A stretch of DNA of 32,772 nt from a virus. Taxonomy: Duplodnaviria; Caudoviricetes. The notes under the pieces are model-generated. The model had not been told where the DNA came from. It was given only the letters and a program-made list of their open reading frames with translations, and searched no databases. The position numbers were made by a program, and so were the translations under genes. The stretch lies in IMG/VR virus record IMGVR_UViG_3300033067_001448, positions 1 through 32,772 of that record; one strand, given 5' to 3'. Shown here piece after piece: positions 1 to 6,834 of this stretch (the first letter of the stretch is position 1; each line of letters begins with the position of its first letter).

Positions 1-1884
1 AACAGCACGTTCGACCGCACCCTGCTGCGCCACGTCTGGGGCATCGACGTCCCCGTCGAGCGCTGGCAGGACACGATGATCAAGGCCATGGCCCACGGCC
101 TGCCGGGCTCGCTCGACAAGCTGTCGACCATCCTGGGCCTGAACCAGGACGAGGCCAAGGACAAGCGCGGCCGCCAGCTGATCCAGCTCTTCTGCAAGCC
201 GCAGGCCCGCACCGGCAAGCGCAACACCCGCGAGACGCACCCCGAGCAGTGGGCCGAGTTCCTCGAGTACAGCCGCATGGACATCGTCGCGATGCGCGGC
301 GTGGACCGCCGCCTGCCGAGCTGGAACTACGCCGCCGGCAAGCCCGAGCTCGCGCTGTGGCACCTCGACCAGCGGATCAACGACCGCGGCTTCCTGGCCG
401 ACCTGACGCTGGCCGAGGGCGCGATCGAGGCCGTGGCCGCCGAGCAGGCCCGGCTGAAGGCCGAGATGCGCGAGCTGACCGATGACGAGGTCAGCAGCCC
501 CAGCAAGCGCGACGAGCTGCTGCGCCACATCCTGATGGAGTACGGCGTCGAGCTGCCCGACATGCGCGCCGACACCCTGCGCCGCCGCCTTGAGGACCCC
601 GAGCTGCCCGAGGGCGTGCGCCTGCTGCTGTCGATCCGCCTCGAGGCCACGAAGACCAGCACGGCCAAGTACAAGGCCCTGGTCAAGGCCACGAGCGCCG
701 ACGGCCGCATGCGCAACACGCTGCAGTTCGCCGGCGCGCAGCGCACCGGCCGCTGGGCCGGGCGGATCTTCCAGCCGCAGAACATGCCCCGCCCCACGAT
801 GGATGGCGAGGAGATCGAGGTCGGCGTCGAGGCCCTGCGCATGGGCGTGGCCGACCAGTTCTTCGACAACGTGATGGACCTGACCGCCAACACCGTGCGC
901 GGCTGCATCGTCGCGCCGCCCGGCAAGAAGCTGGTGATCGCCGACTTGGCAAACATCGAAGGCCGCGGGCTGGCCTACCTGGCCGGCGAGAGCTGGAAGA
1001 TCCAGGCCTTCCGCGACTACGACACGATCGTCGGCACCGACGCCAAGGGCGAGCCCATCCGCAAAGGCCACGACCTGTACAAGCTGGCCTACGCCCGCAG
1101 CTTCAACGTCGACCCGACGACGGCCACCGGCCAGAAGCGCCAGATCGGCAAGGTCATGGAGCTGGGCCTCGGCTACGAGGGCGGCGTCGCTGCGTTCTTG
1201 ACCTTTGCCGCGGTGTACCAGATGGACCTGGCCGAGCTCGCCGACGCCGTCCACAGCACCGCGCCAAAGGAAGCGCTGGCCGCCGCGTACGGCATGTGGG
1301 AGTGGGCCCAGCGCAAGCGCCGCACGCTCGGCCTCGAGCGCAACGTGTACGTTGCCTGCGAGGTGCTGAAGAAGGCCTGGCGCGACGCGCACCCGGCCAC
1401 CACCTCGCTGTGGTCGGACCTCGGCGACGCCGTGCGCCAGGCCATCCTGAACCCCGGCGTGTGCTTCCCCGTGCGCCAGCTCAAGGTCCAGCGCGACGCC
1501 GCCTGGCTGCGCATCCGCCTGCCCTCGGGCCGGTGCCTCTGCTACATCAAGCCCGACGTCGACGAGACCGGGCAGATCACCTACTGGGGCGTGAACCAGT
1601 ACACCCGCCAGTGGGGGAAGATCAAGACCTACGGCGGCAAGCTGGTCGAGAACGTGGTGCAGGCCTGGGCGCGCGACGTGCTGGCCTACAACATGGCCGA
1701 GATTGAGGCGCGCGGCTACGACATTGTGCTCACCGTGCACGACGAGCTGATCACCGAGACCTATGACGGCCCCACGTTCAACAGCCGGCATCTCGCCGAG
1801 CTGATGTCCGACCCGCCCGACTGGGCGGCCGATTGCCCGCTGGCTGCCGCCGGCTTTGAAACCTACCGCTACCGCAAGGACTGA
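1..1884 (+). CDS. Phage family A DNA polymerase, 5'-truncated by the window edge
   Basis: Frame is open from base 1 (NSTFDRTLL..., exonuclease-region-like). Motifs RTGRWAG, ADLANIEGR (motif A), RQIGKVMELGLGY (motif B), LTVHDELI (motif C). Confidence 0.95.
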   Translation, partial: NSTFDRTLLRHVWGIDVPVERWQDTMIKAMAHGLPGSLDKLSTILGLNQDEAKDKRGRQLIQLFCKPQARTGKRNTRETHPEQWAEFLEYSRMDIVAMRGVDRRLPSWNYAAGKPELALWHLDQRINDRGFLADLTLAEGAIEAVAAEQARLKAEMRELTDDEVSSPSKRDELLRHILMEYGVELPDMRADTLRRRLEDPELPEGVRLLLSIRLEATKTSTAKYKALVKATSADGRMRNTLQFAGAQRTGRWAGRIFQPQNMPRPTMDGEEIEVGVEALRMGVADQFFDNVMDLTANTVRGCIVAPPGKKLVIADLANIEGRGLAYLAGESWKIQAFRDYDTIVGTDAKGEPIRKGHDLYKLAYARSFNVDPTTATGQKRQIGKVMELGLGYEGGVAAFLTFAAVYQMDLAELADAVHSTAPKEALAAAYGMWEWAQRKRRTLGLERNVYVACEVLKKAWRDAHPATTSLWSDLGDAVRQAILNPGVCFPVRQLKVQRDAAWLRIRLPSGRCLCYIKPDVDETGQITYWGVNQYTRQWGKIKTYGGKLVENVVQAWARDVLAYNMAEIEARGYDIVLTVHDELITETYDGPTFNSRHLAELMSDPPDWAADCPLAAAGFETYRYRKD

Positions 1885-1887
1885 CCC

Positions 1888-2148
1888 ATGAACTTCGACC
1901 TGAACTACGACCACCTCGCCCCGCTCGAGCCCGCGGCCCGGATCTTCTGCAAGATGAACGACCAAGACCCCGACGCGCAGATGGGCGGCGAGCACCCGCT
2001 GCTGGCCGGCGTGAAGCACACGCGCCCCGCCTGGCACTTCGCGGCCGAGGCCCTGCTCAACCTGTCGCAGATGCTGACCGCGCTCAAGGCCGGCGCGCAG
2101 CAGCCGGTGCAGGCCGATCCGCGCCAGGGCCAGCTGTTCCCGAACTAG
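1888..2148 (+). CDS. Hypothetical protein, 86 aa
   Basis: ATG 3 nt after the polymerase stop; G/C-ending codon usage like its neighbours. Confidence 0.75.
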   Translation: MNFDLNYDHLAPLEPAARIFCKMNDQDPDAQMGGEHPLLAGVKHTRPAWHFAAEALLNLSQMLTALKAGAQQPVQADPRQGQLFPN

Positions 2149-2200
2149 GGTTTCTCCCGATGCCCAGCGTTTAGCATGTGCTACAGTCTGCACATCGTCA
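2147..2200 (+). promoter_or_regulatory. Putative early promoter A with overlapping operator
   Basis: AGGGTTTCTCCC-N23-TACAGT-CTGCACATCG, the same architecture and spacing as 5269-5320. Palindrome TAGCATGTGCTA (2172-2183) overlaps the -10-like hexamer. Confidence 0.6.
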
Positions 2201-2216
2201 ACCGCTGGAGCACAGC

Positions 2217-2399
2217 ATGAAACCCTCCCACTTCCGCACCCCCCGTCAGCTCGACGACGCCACGTTCTACAGCTCGCAGACCAGCGAGCCGGTGAGCGTG
2301 GCCCCCGAGTGCTTCGACATCGGCACCGTCCTGGTGACCCGGGTCGGCGCGATCATCATCGTCGGCGTGCTCGCCGCTGTTGCGCTGGGGGTGATCTGA
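2217..2399 (+). CDS. Small protein with C-terminal transmembrane helix, 60 aa
   Basis: GGAG at 2207-2210 before the ATG; hydrophobic tail VGAIIIVGVLAAVALGVI. Confidence 0.75.
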   Translation: MKPSHFRTPRQLDDATFYSSQTSEPVSVAPECFDIGTVLVTRVGAIIIVGVLAAVALGVI

Positions 2400-2575
2400 T
2401 GAAGCGCCGAGTCCGCATCCCCGAAGGCCTCGATGCCCAGGGTCGCCACACGCCGGGCGAGGTCATCGAGTTCGACGAAGAGCCGCCGCGCGGCACCGAC
2501 GGCTGGGGCCCGCTGATCGCGGTCTACGTCGTAGTGTCGCTGGTGCTGCTCGAGCTGGCGTGGGGGTGGGCGTGA
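2399..2575 (+). CDS. Small protein with C-terminal transmembrane helix, 58 aa
   Basis: TGATG stop/start coupling; tail LIAVYVVVSLVLLELAWGWA. Confidence 0.7.
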   Translation: MKRRVRIPEGLDAQGRHTPGEVIEFDEEPPRGTDGWGPLIAVYVVVSLVLLELAWGWA

Positions 2576-2763
2576 TGCCAGGCATCGTGCTGCGCCCGGG
2601 TCAGATCGTGACCACGGCCACGGGCCAGCGCTATCTCGTCCTGCTGAAGCAGGGCAACAACTGGCTGTGCGAGAACGAGGGGCTGGTGGTCGAGCGCACC
2701 GCCGGCTTCCTGCGCACGCACGGCGTTCGACTTGAATGGAAATGCAATGAAGAAACTGCTTGA
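2575..2763 (+). CDS. Hypothetical protein, 62 aa
   Basis: TGATG coupling to the previous ORF; typical codon usage. Confidence 0.65.
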   Translation: MPGIVLRPGQIVTTATGQRYLVLLKQGNNWLCENEGLVVERTAGFLRTHGVRLEWKCNEETA

Positions 2764-3085
2764 GCGCGACATCGAGAAGCACCTCGTGAAGTGCGTGAAG
2801 GAGCTCGGCGGCGAGGTGCGCAAGGTCCAGTGGGTCGGGCGCGATGGCGCGCCGGATCGAGTGGTGATGCTGCCGACCCGCATCGTCACCCGTGAGCCAG
2901 TGGGGCGCGTCGGTCTGTCCGCGTGCACCATCTGGGTCGAGCTCAAGAACCCCGAGACCATCCTGACCTTCCCCGCCAACGCGCACGAGCGCGCCCAGCA
3001 CCGCGAGCACGAGCGCATGCGCGCCATGGGTCAGCGCGTCGTGGTGATCGGCACGATCGAACAGGTCGACGAGGTGCTGCGATGA
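2747..3085 (+). CDS. VRR-NUC domain nuclease
   Basis: ERDIEKHL...GAPDR...WVELK PD-(D/E)xK signature; sits between polymerase and helicase as is usual. Confidence 0.9.
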   Translation: MKKLLERDIEKHLVKCVKELGGEVRKVQWVGRDGAPDRVVMLPTRIVTREPVGRVGLSACTIWVELKNPETILTFPANAHERAQHREHERMRAMGQRVVVIGTIEQVDEVLR

Positions 3086-3258
3086 CATCCAAGTACCTCC
3101 GCATGGTGGCCGCGGCCAACCGGCCGCTGCACGTTGTCGACCCCTCACCGACCAAGCGCGGCCGCAAGCCCCACGGCACCGCCAAGCGCGAGCGCCAGCA
3201 GCGGTGCGCGCTGGCCGAGTTGGCCTCGCTGTGGCACCAGCCGAAGGACCGCAAATGA
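3082..3258 (+). CDS. Hypothetical basic protein, 58 aa
   Basis: ATGA overlaps at both ends. Confidence 0.65.
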   Translation: MTSKYLRMVAAANRPLHVVDPSPTKRGRKPHGTAKRERQQRCALAELASLWHQPKDRK

Positions 3259-3491
3259 AGTGCCCCGAGTGCGGCCAGCGCGGCCGCTGCATGGAGACCC
3301 GCGCCACGCCGACCGGCGGCTGGCGGCGACGCTACACCTGCACCGCCGACCACCGCTGGAGCACGCTCGAGCAGGTCGTCGAGCGCGTGCCTCGCGGGCC
3401 GAAGCCTGGCGCTGCGCCGAAGGCGCGCAAGCCGGCCTCGGTCGACAAGCCCCGGGCCGCGAGCGTGTTCGACTGGGGCAAGACGCTGTGA
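3255..3491 (+). CDS. Zn-ribbon protein (NrdR N-terminal-like), possible transcription regulator
   Basis: MKCPECG...ETR...RRRYTCTADHRWSTLE pattern; ATGA/GTGA coupling. Confidence 0.75.
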   Translation: MKCPECGQRGRCMETRATPTGGWRRRYTCTADHRWSTLEQVVERVPRGPKPGAAPKARKPASVDKPRAASVFDWGKTL

Positions 3492-4876
3492 CCCCTCCCC
3501 TGCGCGATTACCAGTGGGCGATCGTCGAGCACATCGTCCGCCACGGGCGGGCCAACATCTGGGCCGGCATGGGCACGGGCAAGACCGTGTCGACGCTGAC
3601 CGCCTTGGACTTCCTGCTGAACGACATGGGCGAGGACGGCCCTGCCCTGGTGCTGGCGCCGCTGCGCGTGGCCCAGTCGACCTGGCCCACCGAGGTGGAG
3701 AAGTGGCCGCACCTGCGCCGGCTCACCGTGTCGGTGATCGTGGGCACGCCGGCCGAGCGCAAGGCCGCGCTGGCGGTCAAGGCCCAGGTGTACACCATCA
3801 ACTACGACAACCTCGAGTGGCTGGTCGAGCACCTCGACGCCGCCTGGCCCTTCAAGATCGTGATCGCCGACGAGGCCACCCGGCTCAAGAGCTTCCGCAT
3901 CACCCAGGGCGGCAAGCGCGCCGGGGCCTTGGGCAAGGTGGCCCACACCCGCGTCGAGCGCTTCTACAACCTCACCGGCACGCCGGCGCCCAACGGCATG
4001 GTGGACCTGTGGGGCCAGGCCTGGTTCCTCGACCAGGGCAAGCGTCTCGGGCGCAGCTACGCCGCGTTCGAGCAGCGGTGGTTCGCGTGGAAGAAGCGCG
4101 ACACCAAGGACCGCTTCGCCAAGGACATGGTGCTGATGGAGGGCGCGCAGAAGCAGATCGAAGGCATGCTGCGCGACCTGACCATCACCGTGCGGGCCAG
4201 CGACTTCCTGGACCTGCCGGCGCTGGTCGAGAACGTGATCGAGGTGGACCTGCCGCCGACGGCGCGCCGCCACTACCGGGAGCTCGAGCGCGAGATGTTC
4301 ACCCGCCTGGCCGAGGGCGATGAGGTCGAGGCGTTCAACGCCGCCGGCAAAACGATGAAGTGCCTGCAGGCCGCCAACGGCGCCCTGTATCTCGAAGACG
4401 GATCAACATGGAAGGAGATCCACGATGCAAAAATTGAAGCTCTACAGTCCGTGGTGGAAGAGGCTGCTGGGGCGCCCGTCTTGGTGGCCTACCATTTCAA
4501 GAGCGACCTCGATCGGTTACGACGTGCGTTCCCAGGAGGACGAGTTCTCGACGCTGATCCGAAAACAATTTCGGATTGGAATGCTGGTCGTGTACCGCTC
4601 CTCTTCGCTCACCCAGCGTCTGCCGGGCACGGTCTTAACCTCCAGGATGGCGGCAACATCCTCGTCTTCTTCGGCCTCTGGTGGGACCTCGAACAGCACG
4701 AGCAAATCATCGAACGGATAGGGCCCACCCGTCAGGCCCAGTCCGGTCACAACCGCCCGGTGTACGTGCACCGGATCGTAGCCCGCAAGACCGTGGACGA
4801 GCTGGTGCTCGCCCGGCTGCAGACCAAGGCCTCGGTGCAGTCGCTGCTGCTCGAGGCGATGAAAGGACAGCGATGA
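3488..4876 (+). CDS. SNF2-family helicase
   Basis: LRDYQ (Q motif), GMGTGKT (Walker A), IADEA (Walker B), LTGTP, HPASAGHGLNLQ, QIIERIG. GTG start overlaps the upstream TGA. Confidence 0.93.
   Translation: MTPPLRDYQWAIVEHIVRHGRANIWAGMGTGKTVSTLTALDFLLNDMGEDGPALVLAPLRVAQSTWPTEVEKWPHLRRLTVSVIVGTPAERKAALAVKAQVYTINYDNLEWLVEHLDAAWPFKIVIADEATRLKSFRITQGGKRAGALGKVAHTRVERFYNLTGTPAPNGMVDLWGQAWFLDQGKRLGRSYAAFEQRWFAWKKRDTKDRFAKDMVLMEGAQKQIEGMLRDLTITVRASDFLDLPALVENVIEVDLPPTARRHYRELEREMFTRLAEGDEVEAFNAAGKTMKCLQAANGALYLEDGSTWKEIHDAKIEALQSVVEEAAGAPVLVAYHFKSDLDRLRRAFPGGRVLDADPKTISDWNAGRVPLLFAHPASAGHGLNLQDGGNILVFFGLWWDLEQHEQIIERIGPTRQAQSGHNRPVYVHRIVARKTVDELVLARLQTKASVQSLLLEAMKGQR
4425..4721 (+). CDS. Candidate overprinted gene (+1 frame) inside the helicase, 98 aa
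   Basis: AAGGAG at 4412-4417, ATG at 4425. Helicase codons switch to A/T endings roughly over this interval. Confidence 0.5.
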   Translation: MQKLKLYSPWWKRLLGRPSWWPTISRATSIGYDVRSQEDEFSTLIRKQFRIGMLVVYRSSSLTQRLPGTVLTSRMAATSSSSSASGGTSNSTSKSSNG

Positions 4877-5148
4877 CCGACATCACCCAGACCCTCACCG
4901 AGCGCGGCAAGCGCTACGGCACCTTCACCGGCCACGCCGACGTGACGCAAAAGCTGAAGGACGTGATCCGCAGCGAGCTCGGCACGCGCGGCAAGGTGCT
5001 GGCCCCCGACCAGATGGAAGCGCTCGAGATGGTCTGCCACAAGATCGGCCGCATCGTGAACGGCGACCCGGACTACGACGACAGCTGGGTGGACATCGCC
5101 GGCTATGCGAAGTTGGTCGCGGATCGCTTGCAGGGTGTCGTGCGCTAG
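4873..5148 (+). CDS. DUF6378-like phage protein, 91 aa
   Basis: ERGKRYGTF...HKIGRIVNGDPDYDDSWVDIAGYAKL; ATGA overlap. Confidence 0.85.
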   Translation: MTDITQTLTERGKRYGTFTGHADVTQKLKDVIRSELGTRGKVLAPDQMEALEMVCHKIGRIVNGDPDYDDSWVDIAGYAKLVADRLQGVVR

Positions 5149-5167
5149 TGCATCCTGCACCAGACCG

Positions 5168-5293
5168 CAGCAAGTGCTAGTGCCGTTGCGAGCACGATGC
5201 GAAGCCTAAGTAGTTGTCAGGCTTTAGCAAACGCGACGGTCACAATATACATTATGCGCACCCGAACGAGGGTTTTCCCTGTAGCAGACGCTA
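5168..5293. promoter_or_regulatory. Cluster of three palindromic operator-like sites (TAGCAnnYGCTA)
   Basis: CAGCAAGTGCTA 5168-5179, TAGCAAACGCGA 5225-5236, TAGCAGACGCTA 5282-5293; fourth copy at 2172-2183. Confidence 0.6.
5235..5262 (-). other. dif-like XerCD recombination site (putative attP)
   Basis: Minus strand GGTGCGCATAA-TGTATA-TTGTGACCGTC versus E. coli dif GGTGCGCATAA-TGTATA-TTATGTTAAAT: XerC arm 11/11, spacer 6/6, XerD arm 4/11. Intergenic. Confidence 0.88.
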
Positions 5294-5320
5294 AGATTTC
5301 CTGTACACTCTGCTCCATCG
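5269..5320 (+). promoter_or_regulatory. Putative early promoter B
   Basis: AGGGTTTTCCCT-N23-TACACT-CTGCTCCATCG upstream of ATG 5343; parallels 2147-2200. Confidence 0.6.
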
Positions 5321-5342
5321 ACTCACCAACCGGACCTGCAAA

Positions 5343-5534
5343 ATGACTCTGATCCAAGCCCAGCAGCAGTACATCGACCGGGCCCTGCGCGCCCACCCCG
5401 GTCACCAGCGCCGCGTGCGCAACGCCGCTGCCGCCGAACTGAAGCAGTGGGCCGCCAAGCACGGCATGGACCCGGTCGTGGTGCACAAGGACGCCCGCGA
5501 CATGCTGGAACTTGAACTGGCGTGCGAAGAATGA
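5343..5534 (+). CDS. Hypothetical protein, 63 aa
   Basis: First ORF after promoter B; typical codon usage. Confidence 0.7.
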   Translation: MTLIQAQQQYIDRALRAHPGHQRRVRNAAAAELKQWAAKHGMDPVVVHKDARDMLELELACEE

Positions 5535-5803
5535 CTGAGGTCGACCGGCTCCAAGAGGTGGCGCTGCTCGTCAGTGAGGCCATCCGTTTGGTTGACGACA
5601 TCGCCAGCCAAGACCGGATCCAGTACACACCGACCTACCGCAACTTGCTCGAGCACGGTCACAAGGGCACCCGCAAGAAGACCCTTGGCGACGCCAAGCG
5701 TGAAGCTCGGCAGGTGGCGACCCTCCTGCGCCGGGCTTGGGAGATAGCCGACCCGAGCAGCGAGCAGCGCCTGCTGGAAGCCCTCGGCCCCTGCGGCAAG
5801 TGA
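5531..5803 (+). CDS. Hypothetical protein, 90 aa
   Basis: ATGA overlap with the upstream ORF; helical-looking composition. Confidence 0.65.
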   Translation: MTEVDRLQEVALLVSEAIRLVDDIASQDRIQYTPTYRNLLEHGHKGTRKKTLGDAKREARQVATLLRRAWEIADPSSEQRLLEALGPCGK

Positions 5804-5898
5804 CCACCCCTCGGCCACCAGCCATTGAACAATAACCCGCGTTACACGCACTACAACCCGCGCCTGCCCGCAGTGTGGGCGGCGCTGAAAGGATGAAG

Positions 5899-6210
5899 AT
5901 GAGCGAACTGACCAAGGCCGACCTGAAGGTGGGCCGCGTGTATTCGGCCAAGCGGCCGGCCGTCGTCGGGCTGTTTGACCCGCTGGTCAACGACCGGCAG
6001 ATCCTGTGGATGGACAGCTTCGGCGTGCACGTCCAGTACGACAGCCCGACCGTCGCCCTCGGCCGCAAGCACCCCAAGGTCACCGTCGAGCAGTTCCTGC
6101 GCTGGGCCAAGGCCGACGTGACCGACCTCTGCCCGAAGGGCGAGTGGCGCGCACCGCCGCGTGCACAAAGCACCCCGCAACCCCCTGCCCCGCCGGCAGA
6201 TCACCTCTGA
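5899..6210 (+). CDS. Hypothetical protein, ~103 aa
   Basis: AAAGGA upstream of the ATG (alternative start 5893); typical codon usage. Confidence 0.7.
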   Translation: MSELTKADLKVGRVYSAKRPAVVGLFDPLVNDRQILWMDSFGVHVQYDSPTVALGRKHPKVTVEQFLRWAKADVTDLCPKGEWRAPPRAQSTPQPPAPPADHL

Positions 6211-6224
6211 CCAGAAGGCTGATT

Positions 6225-6425
6225 ATGCGAACCAGAGAGCACGCCGGGCACACCTACGAGGACCAGATGCACTCCGGTGTCGACGACCGGCTGCAGTTCC
6301 GGGTGTGGCCTGACGGGACCGTCCAGTGCGTCGACGAGCAGCCCGAGCCCTACCCGTGGATGTCCGACGACTTCCAGGTGGTCTGGGCGATGGACGAGGA
6401 CGAAGCTCGTGCCAGCGCCGCCTGA
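6225..6425 (+). CDS. Hypothetical acidic protein, 66 aa
   Basis: AGAAGG upstream of ATG 6225; G/C-ending codons. Confidence 0.6.
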   Translation: MRTREHAGHTYEDQMHSGVDDRLQFRVWPDGTVQCVDEQPEPYPWMSDDFQVVWAMDEDEARASAA

Positions 6426-6834
6426 CCTTCTGGAAGTCAACCGCTTGCCCCAGAAGCACCTGCGCCTGCTGCTGGACGCCGAAGGCCAGCGGCGCGTCGA
6501 GCGCCTGCTCAACGTCCACCGCACCACCGTGCGCCGCTGGCTCGACGGCAGCGTGAAGATCCCGGGCGCGCAGCACCTGGCGATCCGCTACCTGCTGGGG
6601 GATCTGCCGGGCACCGACGGGCAGTGGGTGGGGTGGAGATTCAGCCACGGCGAGCTCGTGACCCCGGGCGGTGACCGGTTCACCCCGGGCGAGGTGCAGG
6701 CGATCCGGCTGCAACAGCAGCGGGCCCGCATCCTGACGCAAGAACTGCTGGAACTACGCACCCGCATCAAGGTGCTCGAGCGCACCCTGGACCAGGTCGG
6801 CATGGCCGCCAACCAGGAACAGGCGCACGCCTAG
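6409..6834 (+). CDS. HTH + DUF3653-like protein; XafT-like Xer activation factor candidate, 141 aa
   Basis: GAGGA at 6396-6400 then GTG at 6409. HTH-like VERLLNVHRTTVRRWLDG..IP, then WVGWRFSHGELVTPGGDRFTP (DUF3653-type) and a C-terminal coiled coil. Confidence 0.75.
   Translation: MPAPPDLLEVNRLPQKHLRLLLDAEGQRRVERLLNVHRTTVRRWLDGSVKIPGAQHLAIRYLLGDLPGTDGQWVGWRFSHGELVTPGGDRFTPGEVQAIRLQQQRARILTQELLELRTRIKVLERTLDQVGMAANQEQAHA

Noticed and set aside
5211-5243. Fourth late-promoter copy overlapping the XerD arm (GACGGTCAC versus GACGGATAC)
   Set aside because: Only 7/9 match and the GATTGTGG half is absent at the 16-nt spacing.
5148-5340. CTX-type folded single-stranded attP (second inverted dif-like arm)
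   Set aside because: No second inverted copy of the XerC arm or spacer was found nearby; the single-site TLC-type reading fits better.
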